This document shows, one piece after another, positions 31,586 through 41,931 of a DNA stretch of 64,000 bases. Every line of letters starts with the position of its first letter. The stretch's first letter is position 1. The translations under genes were made by a program, and so were the position numbers. This DNA is from an uncultured Brachyspira sp. (GTDB lineage Bacteria; Spirochaetota; JAAYUW01): the NCBI GenBank assembly GCA_964581895.1, contig CAZOPR010000008.1, forward strand, positions 15,903 to 79,902, read 5' to 3'. The notes beneath the pieces are model-generated. The model had not been told where the DNA came from and searched no databases. It was given only the letters and a program-made list of their open reading frames with translations.

Positions 31586-31609
31586 TTAATGTAAATAAGG
31601 AGAAAATGG

Positions 31610-32128
31610 ATGAGCTCAAATTTTACTGATAGAGAGATAATAGAAAAAACAGTTAGACTTGGAAGAACTGCAAAGGTAGTTAAAGGTGGTAGAAGATTTT
31701 CTTTTAATGCCTTGGTTGTAGTAGGCGATAAGAATGGTAATGTAGGCTATGGATTTGGTAAAGCCAAAGAAGTTCCTATGGCTATAACCAAAGCCACAAG
31801 ACATGCCAAAAGAAACCTTGTTGAAGTTAAAATAAAAAGAACTGGTGAAAAAGGGGAAAATGTAACTATACCTTTTCCTATAACATATAAATATAAATCT
31901 TCTGTAGTCTTATTAAAACCTGCAGCTCCTGGTACTGGTATTATTGCATGCAGTCCGGTTAGGGCAGTTTTAGAAGCAGCAGGTATTAATAATGTTTTAA
32001 CAAAATCAATAGGTTCAAATAGTCCTATTAACCTTGTAAAAGCTACTATTTTCGCATTACAAAAAATGAAAACAAAAGAAGAAGTAGCAACTATTAGAGG
32101 TGTTGAACCTAAAAATCTATTCAAATAA
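31610..32128 (+). CDS. rpsE: 30S ribosomal protein S5
   Basis: [20 protein letters not shown]. Confidence 0.99.
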   Translation: MSSNFTDREIIEKTVRLGRTAKVVKGGRRFSFNALVVVGDKNGNVGYGFGKAKEVPMAITKATRHAKRNLVEVKIKRTGEKGENVTIPFPITYKYKSSVVLLKPAAPGTGIIACSPVRAVLEAAGINNVLTKSIGSNSPINLVKATIFALQKMKTKEEVATIRGVEPKNLFK

Positions 32129-32148
32129 AAGATTACTGGGGTTAAAAA

Positions 32149-32328
32149 ATGAAAAAAATATCTATTACACTGGTAAAATCTCCTATTGGTTATAATAAAG
32201 ATATAAGAAATACTGTTAAAGCTCTTGGTCTTAAAAAAATGCACCAAACAGTTTTTAAAGAAGAAAACCCAGCGATATATGGTATGATACAAAAGGTATC
32301 TTTTCTTCTTAAAGTTGATAAAGTTTAG
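32149..32328 (+). CDS. rpmD: 50S ribosomal protein L30, 59 aa, not in the ORF track
   Basis: Hand translation [14 protein letters not shown]…TVKALGLKK…[14 protein letters not shown]. Confidence 0.96.
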   Translation: MKKISITLVKSPIGYNKDIRNTVKALGLKKMHQTVFKEENPAIYGMIQKVSFLLKVDKV

Positions 32329-32357
32329 TTATATAGTCTTAAGAGAGGATTGATATT

Positions 32358-32834
32358 ATGGAAATAAAACTAAAAAATGCACCTGGTGCTACAAAAGAAA
32401 GAAAAAGGTTAGGTAGAGGACAAGCCTCAGGTTTAGGTACAACTGCTGGTAAAGGAAATAAAGGTCAAAAAGCAAGAAAAGGCTACTCAAGAAAGGTAGA
32501 TTTTGAAGGCGGTCAAATGCCTTTATTCAGAAGGATACCAAAAAGAGGCTTCAGTAATTTCCCTTTTAAGAAGGAATATCAAGAAGTAAATGTTGACCTT
32601 TTAAGTTGTTTTGAAAATGGTTCAACAGTTACCAATCTGGATTTGTATGAAGAAGGTTTGATAAAAAATATAGATAAACCTTTTAAGATTCTTGGAAAAC
32701 TTCCATTAAACAAATCAATAAATATCCAGCTAAGAACCATTATGAATGGGAAGAAGAAAGTTCAATTTGATAAATGTACAAAAGGTGCAAAAGAAACAAT
32801 AGAAAAAGCTGGTGGTAAAGTGCTTATCCAATAA
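32358..32834 (+). CDS. rplO: 50S ribosomal protein L15
   Basis: RLGRGQASGLG, FEGGQMPLFRRIPKRGF. Confidence 0.98.
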   Translation: MEIKLKNAPGATKERKRLGRGQASGLGTTAGKGNKGQKARKGYSRKVDFEGGQMPLFRRIPKRGFSNFPFKKEYQEVNVDLLSCFENGSTVTNLDLYEEGLIKNIDKPFKILGKLPLNKSINIQLRTIMNGKKKVQFDKCTKGAKETIEKAGGKVLIQ

Positions 32835-32846
32835 TTGGGGGAAATA

Positions 32847-34205
32847 ATGGGCAAAAATAAAAAAAGAATAATGATGCCAGGCGGTCCAAAAGAGATAGAT
32901 GGTGCAAGCTTTACTGTCTTATCTGGATTGGCTGCGATTTTTGAGATAAAAGAGGTTAGAATTAAATTTTTAATAACCCTTTTTATCCTTTTTATTTATC
33001 GTCTTGGAGCTCATTTACCAGTTCCAGGTATTGATGTAAATGCTTTAGCACAAGCTGTAAATGCTACAGCCGGTGGTTTAATGGATTTTATTGATATGTT
33101 TGCAGGTGGTGCTTTAAGAAGATTTACTCTTTTTACACTTGGTATTATGCCCTATATTTCGGCCGAAATCATCATGCAACTTTTGATGTCAATTGTTCCA
33201 GCATGGAAAGATATGATGCAGGATGATCAGGAAAAAGGTAAAGATTTTATGCAATTCTGGTCAAGAGCTTTAACTATTGTTCTTGCAGCTGTTCAATCTT
33301 CTTTATTTATTCGATATATGATAGAGCAAAATGCTGCTTCAACAACTCCTTTTATATTAATTAAATCAATCCCTTTATTTTATGCTGTTTCTGTTTTATC
33401 TATAACCTCTGGTACGATGTTCTTAATATGGCTTGGTGATAAAATAGATGAGTTTGGAATAGGAAATGGAGCATCGATAATAATCTTCGCTGGTATCATC
33501 TCAAGAATGCCTTCTGCCTTAAGACAGTTATACAAAACCGCCATTGAAAGAAATATTTTCTTAATGATAGCTGTTTTAATTATGTTTGTTTTTATTATTG
33601 TTTTAATTATCTATGTCCAGAGAGGAAAGAGGAAGATGATGGTTGGTGGTTCAAAGGCTATAAGAGGTGGAAAAGTTGCTATGATTCCAGCTTTTCCATT
33701 AAATATTCCTATTAACCCAGCTGGTGTTATACCAATTATTTTTGCTTCAGTCTTCCTGCAATTTCCAGCTCAGATACTTCAACCTTTTGTTGGTAAATCA
33801 GCAATTATTCAAAAAATAGTAGTAGCTCTTTATCCTGGAACAGGTTGGTATATACTTATAAACACAATTTTAATTATTCTTTTTACATATTTCTATTCCC
33901 AATTCCAGTTGAATCCTACCGATATTGCAAACTACCTTTCAAAATCTGGAAGAACACTAAAAGGTAAAAGAGCTGGTGGTGATATTGCTCCAGAAATTCA
34001 GAGAACTGTAGATAGGATAATATTACCAGGAGCTATATTTTTAGCTTTTATAGCAGCTGTGCCTGATGTCGTTAATAAATTGTTTAATTTACCTCATGAA
34101 TTCACCTATATTATGGGTGGTACTTCAATATTGATAACAGCAGGTGTTGCTTTTGATATAGCTACCAGACTTGAAAGTATTAGAAGATTCAGATTAAGAG
34201 GATAA
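32847..34205 (+). CDS. secY: Preprotein translocase subunit SecY (with an N-terminal extension)
   Basis: LGIMPYISAEIIMQL, GIGNGASIIIFAGI, GVIPIIFA, GGTSILI. Confidence 0.98.
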   Translation: MGKNKKRIMMPGGPKEIDGASFTVLSGLAAIFEIKEVRIKFLITLFILFIYRLGAHLPVPGIDVNALAQAVNATAGGLMDFIDMFAGGALRRFTLFTLGIMPYISAEIIMQLLMSIVPAWKDMMQDDQEKGKDFMQFWSRALTIVLAAVQSSLFIRYMIEQNAASTTPFILIKSIPLFYAVSVLSITSGTMFLIWLGDKIDEFGIGNGASIIIFAGIISRMPSALRQLYKTAIERNIFLMIAVLIMFVFIIVLIIYVQRGKRKMMVGGSKAIRGGKVAMIPAFPLNIPINPAGVIPIIFASVFLQFPAQILQPFVGKSAIIQKIVVALYPGTGWYILINTILIILFTYFYSQFQLNPTDIANYLSKSGRTLKGKRAGGDIAPEIQRTVDRIILPGAIFLAFIAAVPDVVNKLFNLPHEFTYIMGGTSILITAGVAFDIATRLESIRRFRLRG

Positions 34206-34212
34206 GAAATAG

Positions 34213-34860
34213 ATGATACTTTTTATATATGGTTTACCTGGCTCTGGAAAAGGAACCCAGAGTGAATTAATAAAGAAAAAATATGGTTTTATTCACCTAT
34301 CTACTGGTGATATAATCAGAGATATAATTAACAATAAAAGAAAGGGCTGGGAAGAGCTGAATAGCTATGTTGCAAGTGGACAACTTGTCCCAGATAATCT
34401 GATTAATGATTTGTTTTTTAATTCATTAAATGAAAATGGAATTGATAAAAATTTTATAATTGATGGATATCCCAGGACTTTGAATCAACTGGATTTGATA
34501 GCTGGCAAATTAAAAAGTCTGCCAGATCTCAAATTAATGCACCTTTATATAAGGTGTGATGAAGAAAAAATAATTAAAAGGATAACATCAAGAAGAATTT
34601 GTGAAAATTGTGGGGCAATTTTTAATATTGAACTTGACAAAGAGATACAAAATTGCAAATTTTGTGGAGCCAAACTCTATCAAAGAGTAGATGATCAGTA
34701 TTCTGTTATTAAAAAAAGAATAGATGAATACAAGATTAAAACTCTACCTGTCATTGAAAGATTAAAAGAAGAAGGTTCGCTTATAGAAGTGGATGGGGAT
34801 AGAGAAGTTGATAGTATTTTTAAGGATATAATTTTATTGTTGAAGGGGAAAGTTAGATAA
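34213..34860 (+). CDS. adk: Adenylate kinase (Zn-type lid)
   Basis: [28 protein letters not shown]…CKFC. Confidence 0.97.
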   Translation: MILFIYGLPGSGKGTQSELIKKKYGFIHLSTGDIIRDIINNKRKGWEELNSYVASGQLVPDNLINDLFFNSLNENGIDKNFIIDGYPRTLNQLDLIAGKLKSLPDLKLMHLYIRCDEEKIIKRITSRRICENCGAIFNIELDKEIQNCKFCGAKLYQRVDDQYSVIKKRIDEYKIKTLPVIERLKEEGSLIEVDGDREVDSIFKDIILLLKGKVR

Positions 34861-35078
34861 TGCCAAAAGAAGATGTAATAATGCTTCAGGGAGAAGTTGT
34901 TGAGGTTTTACCTAAAACACTATTTAGGGTAAAATTAGATAATGGACATATAATTACAGCTCATCTTGCAGGGAAGCTTAGAATGTATAATATCAGACTT
35001 CTTCAGGGTGATAGAGTTCAAGTAGAACTTTCTCCATATGATTTAACAAAAGGAAGAATTACTTACAGAATTAAGTAA
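34860..35078 (+). CDS. infA: Translation initiation factor IF-1
   Basis: [13 protein letters not shown]. Confidence 0.99.
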   Translation: MPKEDVIMLQGEVVEVLPKTLFRVKLDNGHIITAHLAGKLRMYNIRLLQGDRVQVELSPYDLTKGRITYRIK

Positions 35079-35138
35079 TTGATAAATACTTAAAATTTCT
35101 ATTATTTATAATATAATTTAGTTATTCTGGAGGTATAA

Positions 35139-35252
35139 ATGAAAGTTCGTTCTTCTGTGAAAAAAATTTGCGATAAATGCAAAATAGTTAAAAGAGATGG
35201 TATTGTTAGAGTGATTTGCGAAAATCCAAAACATAAGCAAAGACAGGGTTAA
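35139..35252 (+). CDS. rpmJ: 50S ribosomal protein L36, 37 aa, not in the ORF track
   Basis: Hand translation [37 protein letters not shown]; GGAGG RBS. Confidence 0.98.
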   Translation: MKVRSSVKKICDKCKIVKRDGIVRVICENPKHKQRQG

Positions 35253-35269
35253 TTTGAGGAGGAAATTAG

Positions 35270-35656
35270 ATGGCTCGAATAGCTGGAGTTGAATTACCAA
35301 ACAAAAGAATTGAAGTCGCACTTACCTATATTTTTGGGATAGGAAGATCTACTTCAAATAAGATTTTAAAAGAAACTAACATCAATAAAGACAAAAGAAC
35401 AAATGAATTATCTGATGAAGAAATTCAAAAATTGAGAACTATTATTGAAAAAACTTTAAAAGTCGAAGGCGATTTGAAAAATGAGATTGCTTTAAATATT
35501 AAAAGACTTAAAGATATTAGATGTTATAGAGGACTAAGGCATCAAGCTAGCTTACCAGTAAGAGGGCAAAGGACAAGAACAAATGCAAGAACTAGAAAAG
35601 GTCCTCGAGGCAATAGAATTGGTGCTAAGAAAAAGAAAGCATCAGCAAAGGAGTAA
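35270..35656 (+). CDS. rpsM: 30S ribosomal protein S13
   Basis: [24 protein letters not shown]. Confidence 0.99.
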   Translation: MARIAGVELPNKRIEVALTYIFGIGRSTSNKILKETNINKDKRTNELSDEEIQKLRTIIEKTLKVEGDLKNEIALNIKRLKDIRCYRGLRHQASLPVRGQRTRTNARTRKGPRGNRIGAKKKKASAKE

Positions 35657-35663
35657 TTGATAT

Positions 35664-36047
35664 ATGGCTAAACAAAAGACTAAGAAAAAAGCAAAGCATG
35701 TAGTACCTTATGGGAAATGTTACTTAAATTGTTCCTTTAATAATACAATTGTAACTTTTACTGATACAAATGGAAATGTTTTAGGTTGGTCAAGTTCTGG
35801 CGCTAACAATTTTAGAGGGGCCAAAAAATCAACTCCATTTGCAGCTCAAATAGTTGTTGAAACTGCATGTAATGCTATAAAAGAGTATGGGCTTAGAGAA
35901 GTTGAGGTTTTTGTTAATGGTCCAGGAATGGGTAGAGAAGCTGCAATAAGGGCTTTAGCTCAAAATGGTTTAGCAGTTAGAGCTATTACAGATATTACTC
36001 CTATTCCTCATAATGGATGCAGACCAAGAAAAAAGAGAAGAATGTAA
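35664..36047 (+). CDS. rpsK: 30S ribosomal protein S11
   Basis: [20 protein letters not shown]. Confidence 0.99.
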   Translation: MAKQKTKKKAKHVVPYGKCYLNCSFNNTIVTFTDTNGNVLGWSSSGANNFRGAKKSTPFAAQIVVETACNAIKEYGLREVEVFVNGPGMGREAAIRALAQNGLAVRAITDITPIPHNGCRPRKKRRM

Positions 36048-36076
36048 AATAATTATATAAAGGGGCGCAGAATCAT

Positions 36077-36697
36077 ATGGCAAGAAATTATGAAACTAAA
36101 TGTAAACTTTGCCGAAGAGAAGGAGATAAGTTATTCTTAAAAGGCGATAGATGTTATTCAAAAAAATGTCCTATAGATAAAAAGAAATTTATAAGAAGCA
36201 GAAATTCAAAACTTTCAGATTATGGTTTACAGTTAAGAGAAAAACAAAAAATTAAAAGATATTATGGCGTTTTAGAAAGACAATTTAGAGTATATTTCGC
36301 TAGAGCTTTAAGAATTAGACAGGGATTAACAGGCGAAAATTTACTATCTTTACTTGAATCAAGATTTGATAATGCTATATTTAGAATGAATTTAGCTAAA
36401 TCAAGAAATCAGGCAAGACAGTTCGTCTTACATGGAATGTTTGCTATAAATGGCAAGAAAATAAATATCCCTTCATATAATGTAAAAGCCGAAGATATCA
36501 TAACACTTACATCTCATGGCGAGAAAAATAAAGAACTTCTTTCTATAATCGAACAAAATAAGGATACCAAACCTGATGTTCAGTGGCTTACTTTTGATTT
36601 TGATAAAAAAGAAGGAAAAATTTTAAGACTACCTTTAAGAAGAGATATTCCACAGAATTTTAATGAACAACTTGTAGTCGAATTCTATTCTAAATAG
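36077..36697 (+). CDS. rpsD: 30S ribosomal protein S4 (Cys-containing form)
   Basis: CKLCRREG, SDYGLQLREKQK, IVEFYSK-type end (VVEFYSK). Confidence 0.98.
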   Translation: MARNYETKCKLCRREGDKLFLKGDRCYSKKCPIDKKKFIRSRNSKLSDYGLQLREKQKIKRYYGVLERQFRVYFARALRIRQGLTGENLLSLLESRFDNAIFRMNLAKSRNQARQFVLHGMFAINGKKINIPSYNVKAEDIITLTSHGEKNKELLSIIEQNKDTKPDVQWLTFDFDKKEGKILRLPLRRDIPQNFNEQLVVEFYSK

Positions 36698-36717
36698 TTG
36701 GAAATAAAGAGGGAATA

Positions 36718-37773
36718 ATGGATAAAAATATTTTACAACATCTACAACTTCCTTCCAACATAGTATATGAAAGCAATGAAGAGGATATCTTCTATGGCAG
36801 ATTTATAATGAAGCCTTTAGAAAAAGGTTATGCTATAACAATAGGTAATAGTCTTAGAAGAGTTCTTCTTTCTTCTCTTCATGGATATGCCATTTCAAGT
36901 ATTAAAATTGAATATCAAGCAAAAGGTGAGAAAAGAAATTTTGTAAAATCTGAATTTGATAATATTCCAAATATAGTTCTTGAAGATACTTTAACTATTA
37001 TAAGTAATTTAAAAAAGGTAAGATTCAGATTAAACACAGAATCTCATAAAAAAACTTATAATGTTGAGATATCAGGACCAAATGAAGTTACTGCAAAAGT
37101 GCTTTCAAATTCAGATATGAATATAGTTAATCCTGATAATTATCTTTTTACAATAACTAAAGAAGGGAAGATTTTTCTCGAATATACAGTTGAATGGGGA
37201 AAAGGATTTGTCGCTGCTGAAAGAAAGTTAGATCTTCTTGATAAAATTGGAATAATTCCTATAGATTCTATCTTTTCTCCAGTCAAGAAAGTGAATTTTC
37301 AAATTGAAGCAGCAAGAGTTGAAAACATTACAGATTATGAAGCATTAATATTAGATATCTGGACTGATGGGACAATAAAGCCAAAAGAAGCTATCGAACA
37401 GGCATCTTATATTCTTATACAATATTTTTCAAAATTTATAACAAGCGTGAAGGATGAAAAAGAAATATTTGACATTGAAACTGTTTCTGACGAATCTATA
37501 AATGATAAAGATGCAAAACTTTTACAGATTTTAGATCAATCTCTTGATGTTCTTGAATTCACAGAAAGAATTAAGAATTGCTTTAATTCGGCTAATATAA
37601 AAACTTTTAGAGATCTTTTAAGCAAAACAGACAGTGAAATAGAAAATTTAAAAAATTTTGGGAAAAAATCTCTTGAAACTGTTGTTGATAAATTAAAAGA
37701 AAGAGGATTATCTCTCAATATGAAAGAAGAGATTGAAAGAATTGAAAAATTATATAAGAAAAACGCTGAATAA
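36718..37773 (+). CDS. rpoA: RNA polymerase alpha subunit
   Basis: PLEKGYAITIGNSLRRVLLSSL, IDSIFSPV, NFGKKSL. Confidence 0.98.
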   Translation: MDKNILQHLQLPSNIVYESNEEDIFYGRFIMKPLEKGYAITIGNSLRRVLLSSLHGYAISSIKIEYQAKGEKRNFVKSEFDNIPNIVLEDTLTIISNLKKVRFRLNTESHKKTYNVEISGPNEVTAKVLSNSDMNIVNPDNYLFTITKEGKIFLEYTVEWGKGFVAAERKLDLLDKIGIIPIDSIFSPVKKVNFQIEAARVENITDYEALILDIWTDGTIKPKEAIEQASYILIQYFSKFITSVKDEKEIFDIETVSDESINDKDAKLLQILDQSLDVLEFTERIKNCFNSANIKTFRDLLSKTDSEIENLKNFGKKSLETVVDKLKERGLSLNMKEEIERIEKLYKKNAE

Positions 37774-37796
37774 AAAACAATATTTAAGGGAAGGCT

Positions 37797-38156
37797 ATGA
37801 GACATTTAGTTAATAAAAGCAAACTTGGTAGAACAAAATCGCACAGAGAAGCAATGCTTAGAAATCAGATTACTTCTCTTATTTTATATGGTAAAATTGA
37901 AACCACTTTAGCCAAAGCTAGATTTTTAAGATCTAATGTCGAAAAGTTAATAACAAGAGCTAAAATAGAAGACACTATTCATAATAGAAGAATCGCCAGA
38001 AAAGTAATCCAAAACAAAGATGCATTAAATAAATTATTTAAAGAAATTGGACCTAAATTTAAAAATAGAAATGGTGGTTATACAAGAATAATCAAAACAG
38101 GGTTTAGAAAAGGGGATGATGCCCCAATGGCAGTAATAGAAATTCTTTCAGAATAA
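37797..38156 (+). CDS. rplQ: 50S ribosomal protein L17
   Basis: MRHL..KLGRT..HR, RNGGYTRIIK. Confidence 0.98.
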   Translation: MRHLVNKSKLGRTKSHREAMLRNQITSLILYGKIETTLAKARFLRSNVEKLITRAKIEDTIHNRRIARKVIQNKDALNKLFKEIGPKFKNRNGGYTRIIKTGFRKGDDAPMAVIEILSE

Positions 38157-38690
38157 ATGAATAAAACTCAAGATAAAATCTGGCGTATTGCCAGATTTTT
38201 ATCTTTAATAATTCTTATCTCAAGCTTTGTATTATCTTTATTTTTCAAAAATCAAATAAAAGTCATCATTTTGATTATTTATCTTCTGTATTACCTTTTA
38301 ACAAATGATATTAAAAAATTATTATCACTTATTATAAAAGTATCTACTTTGATTTTATCGATATTATTTTTTAAGTTTATTTCTAACTTTTTTTATTCAA
38401 ATATTATAGAATTTCATTTTATCAATGAAATTTCAAACCTAATAAATCAAATGCTAAATATAACAAATTCCATTTTGTTTTCATCATTATTCTTTAAGCT
38501 AATTCCGATAAATAGTTTAAGTTCTTTTGAGAATTTAAGTAATTTCATTTCAAAACTAAAATTGAATGAATTAAAAGAGAAAAAGATAGGAAATATCAAA
38601 ATAAAATCGTTATCTTCCTTTTTTGCTTATATAATAGATGAAAGTTATAAAATTTATTATCAAGAAGAAAATAATAGCAAAAATATTTAA
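38157..38690 (+). CDS. Hypothetical membrane protein abutting rplQ (weak EcfT/CbiQ-like hydropathy)
   Basis: 177-aa ORF starting directly after the rplQ stop; 3-4 hydrophobic segments. Confidence 0.55.
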   Translation: MNKTQDKIWRIARFLSLIILISSFVLSLFFKNQIKVIILIIYLLYYLLTNDIKKLLSLIIKVSTLILSILFFKFISNFFYSNIIEFHFINEISNLINQMLNITNSILFSSLFFKLIPINSLSSFENLSNFISKLKLNELKEKKIGNIKIKSLSSFFAYIIDESYKIYYQEENNSKNI

Positions 38691-38694
38691 TTTT

Positions 38695-39879
38695 TTATTG
38701 CTTTTTGTAGATTAAATTTTTTAATATTTCTATTTGTTCTGTTTGACTATCATCAAACTGCACACCAAAATGCCAATCGTCATTTTCTTTCCATCTTCTT
38801 CTAACATAAGCTTTTAATGTAAAAATATTATTTTCAATTCGAAAGTTTAGCTGCATTTCATCCTTTTCAAAAAGATTTGAAGCAAGTTTGTTTTCGTTAG
38901 AAAAAAATTGCATTCCTCCTTGCGAAATGTTGGCAATATCAGCCTCAACAGTTAAGTATTCTGTCCTTGTAAAATATTGATTTTTAATAAGAGAAGCAAT
39001 TAGCAATTTTGAAAATTCTTCAAGATTATTGATAATATTAAAGGCAATTTGAGCATTTTTTTCTATTTCATTCAACAGATATAAATATCCAACAACAAAC
39101 TTTTTGTAAATAACAGGATAATATAATTCTGAAAGAATATTCTTTTTTTGCTTTAATATTAATAGTTGATTTATCTTTTGATTAGCAACATTTTGATCAT
39201 TGCCCAAAAGTTTGTAATATTCGACAACATCTTCATTTACAATGACTTTTTCTACATCATAAACTTGAGAATCTGGAAAATATTTGAAACTATTTGGTAC
39301 ATAAAAAGCTTTTCCTGTTTTTACTATGAGAAATTCCTCTAAAGTAGCTGGATTTCTATTCTTAAAAATAACAATGGCATTTTTTGAAAAAACAGACATC
39401 TTCCTTCTAAAACCATCAATCATTTCTTGTATATTGTTTATTGTATCTAACTTTAATAAGTTTTCATCAAAAATTTTAAAAGTGGTTGTCTCAGGGAAAT
39501 CAAGATGCTCAGTCTTAGATGGAAAGGTAACAGATACAGTGTTTTCCTTTAAGGTTACTCTTTGAAACCTTCTTTGTATATTTCTAACAATATTGTCTGG
39601 AAGTGATATGACAAAAGTCTGCGAATTTACAATGGATTTAATAGTTGAAGTGAACATATGTCTGTTATCTCTGACAAAGAATATAAAGTTCAACTTCTGA
39701 TATATTGAAAGAGGTAGTTTGCAGTTATGTTGAATAGTTATCGTAAAAGCATCGTATCTAATGATAGTTCCAGAAAATTCAAATTTTTCTTTAACAAAAA
39801 AGGATAGTGGAATTTTTTTAGTAAATAGAATATCTATAATATATTCTTTTTCAATTTTAGAAGATATATTTGCACTCAA
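38695..39879 (-). CDS. PilZ-domain protein (DUF1577-like architecture), probable c-di-GMP effector
   Basis: QRRFQR (RxxxR) and NISQGG (D/NxSxxG) motifs; C-terminal HFGVQF; AGGAG before the TTG start. Confidence 0.75.
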   Translation of the reverse strand: MSANISSKIEKEYIIDILFTKKIPLSFFVKEKFEFSGTIIRYDAFTITIQHNCKLPLSIYQKLNFIFFVRDNRHMFTSTIKSIVNSQTFVISLPDNIVRNIQRRFQRVTLKENTVSVTFPSKTEHLDFPETTTFKIFDENLLKLDTINNIQEMIDGFRRKMSVFSKNAIVIFKNRNPATLEEFLIVKTGKAFYVPNSFKYFPDSQVYDVEKVIVNEDVVEYYKLLGNDQNVANQKINQLLILKQKKNILSELYYPVIYKKFVVGYLYLLNEIEKNAQIAFNIINNLEEFSKLLIASLIKNQYFTRTEYLTVEADIANISQGGMQFFSNENKLASNLFEKDEMQLNFRIENNIFTLKAYVRRRWKENDDWHFGVQFDDSQTEQIEILKNLIYKKQ

Positions 39880-40028
39880 TTTATGCTCCTAAAATAATAC
39901 TTTTTGTCTGTAATAATTATTAAAGTAAAATATAAAAATTTCAAATAATATTCTATAATATATCAATCGTCTTATAAATAAAAATTATTGAAAAAATTTT
40001 ATCGTGATTAATTATCTATTTAGAAATT

Positions 40029-40712
40029 ATGAAAGAAAAAATATTAAAATTACTCGAAGAAATTGAAGATTTATCTTTAAAAAGTAACTTTAAAGAAAAG
40101 GTTACTCTTGTCGCTGTTACTAAAACATTTGATGTAGATAAAATATTGGAAGCATATAATTGTGGACTTAGAATTTTTGGAGAGAATAAAGTTCAAGAAG
40201 CAATTTCAAAAATTGAGGCAATGAAAGATTATAAAGATATACAGTGGCATTTGATTGGGCATTTGCAATCCAATAAGGTAAAGAAATGCAAAGTTTTTTC
40301 ACTTATTCATTCAATAGATTCTATAAAACTTTTAGATGAATTTTCCAGGTTTGACGATTTTGAAAAACCTGATTTTCTTATTCAACTAAATTCTTCAGCT
40401 GAAGAGACAAAATCTGGTCTACCTTTAGAAAATGTATATGATTTTTTTGAAAAGGTATTTGAACTTGAATTAAATAAAAAAGTTAAGATTCGAGGTTTAA
40501 TGACAATAGGACCTTTGACTGAAGATAAAAATGAAATAAGAGTAGCCTTCAAAAAAACAAGAAAAATTTATGAAGATTTGCAAAATAAATATAATTTAGC
40601 TTTTGATATTTTATCTATGGGAATGAGTGGTGATTATAAGATAGCTATAGAAGAAGGAAGTAATATGGTAAGGATAGGTTCATTAATTTTTGGAGAAAGA
40701 AAGTATGTTTGA
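40029..40712 (+). CDS. yggS: PLP homeostasis protein YggS/PROSC
   Basis: LVAVTKT, FGENKVQE, WHLIGHLQSNK, LSMGMSGDY, VRIGSLIFG. Confidence 0.96.
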   Translation: MKEKILKLLEEIEDLSLKSNFKEKVTLVAVTKTFDVDKILEAYNCGLRIFGENKVQEAISKIEAMKDYKDIQWHLIGHLQSNKVKKCKVFSLIHSIDSIKLLDEFSRFDDFEKPDFLIQLNSSAEETKSGLPLENVYDFFEKVFELELNKKVKIRGLMTIGPLTEDKNEIRVAFKKTRKIYEDLQNKYNLAFDILSMGMSGDYKIAIEEGSNMVRIGSLIFGERKYV

Positions 40713-40974
40713 AGTAATTTTATCAACAATCTTTCTTATTATTATTATCTTTTTATTTTTAAGAATGATTTTTCTTGCAATTGAATCTAAAGAAAAGAAA
40801 GGTATTTTTGTAAAGATAGCAAATTTTTTTGTCAATAAAACAGACTTTTTATTTAAGAATTTTGATTCAAAAATTAGATTATCAATAGGAAAATTTAAGT
40901 TAAATTATCTTTTCTTGATTCTTTTATTAATGCTGGTGCAAAAGTTGATTCTATTAATATTTAAAAATGGTTAA
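40705..40974 (+). CDS. Small membrane protein, YggT-like
   Basis: Overlaps the yggS stop; two hydrophobic segments; usual yggS neighbour. Confidence 0.55.
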   Translation: MFEVILSTIFLIIIIFLFLRMIFLAIESKEKKGIFVKIANFFVNKTDFLFKNFDSKIRLSIGKFKLNYLFLILLLMLVQKLILLIFKNG

Positions 40975-41032
40975 ATAATAAAAAATAGATAAATAGTTAA
41001 TAACTTTTAAAATAATAAAAAAGGGGAATTAG

Positions 41033-41926
41033 ATGGAAAAAATTAAATATGCAGTTATTGGCGGTTCTGGCCTATTAAACCTTGAAAATTTAGTTGTTGA
41101 AAAAGAGTTGGAAATACAAACACCATTTGGTATGATGTCAGATAAGGTCACAATTGGATATTTCAAAGGAACAAAAAATAAAATTGCTTTTTTACCAAGA
41201 CATGGAAAAAATCATACCATTATGCCATCAAATATACCTCAAAAAGCAAATGTATGGGGCTTAAAATATTTAGGTGTTGAAAAAGTCTTTGCCGTTTCAG
41301 CTGTCGGATCTTTGAAGGAAAATATAAAACCTGGTGATCTTGTAATCCCTTCTCAGATTTTCGATAGAACAAAAGGTAGAGATTCTACTTTTTTTGAAGA
41401 TGGTCTTGTTGGACATATTCCTTTCGGTGAGCCTTTTTGCCCCACTATTTCTAAATTTTTATATGATACTGTTAAAAGTCTTGGTTATCCAGTTCATAAA
41501 GATGAGACTTATGTATGCATGGAAGGACCAGCCTTTTCAACAAAAGCAGAATCTGAATTTTACAGGATGTTAAAAGCAGGTGTTATTGGTATGACCGCTT
41601 TACCAGAAGCTAAATTATTTAGAGAAGCCGAGATTTGCTACACACTTTTATCTACAGTAACAGATTATGATTGCTGGAAAGAGGGGGAAGAATCTGTTAA
41701 TGTTAAAATGGTTCTTGAAACTATGAAGAAAAGCAATGAAATGGTTCATAATATTTTAATAAAACTATTTGAGACACTTCCAGAAAAATTTGATATTCAA
41801 TGTCAATGTCAATATGCGTTGATGTATGCCATAACTACAAAAAAAGAAGGGATTTCAAAAGAAATGCTTCGAAAACTCGATTTGCTTATAGGTAAATATT
41901 ATAATATTGATTTAAAAGAGGTTTAA
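41033..41926 (+). CDS. mtnP: S-methyl-5'-thioadenosine phosphorylase
   Basis: IGGSG, FLPRHGKNH, EGPAFSTKAES, IGMT..PEAKL, TDYDCW. Confidence 0.93.
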   Translation: MEKIKYAVIGGSGLLNLENLVVEKELEIQTPFGMMSDKVTIGYFKGTKNKIAFLPRHGKNHTIMPSNIPQKANVWGLKYLGVEKVFAVSAVGSLKENIKPGDLVIPSQIFDRTKGRDSTFFEDGLVGHIPFGEPFCPTISKFLYDTVKSLGYPVHKDETYVCMEGPAFSTKAESEFYRMLKAGVIGMTALPEAKLFREAEICYTLLSTVTDYDCWKEGEESVNVKMVLETMKKSNEMVHNILIKLFETLPEKFDIQCQCQYALMYAITTKKEGISKEMLRKLDLLIGKYYNIDLKEV

Positions 41927-41931
41927 TATAA

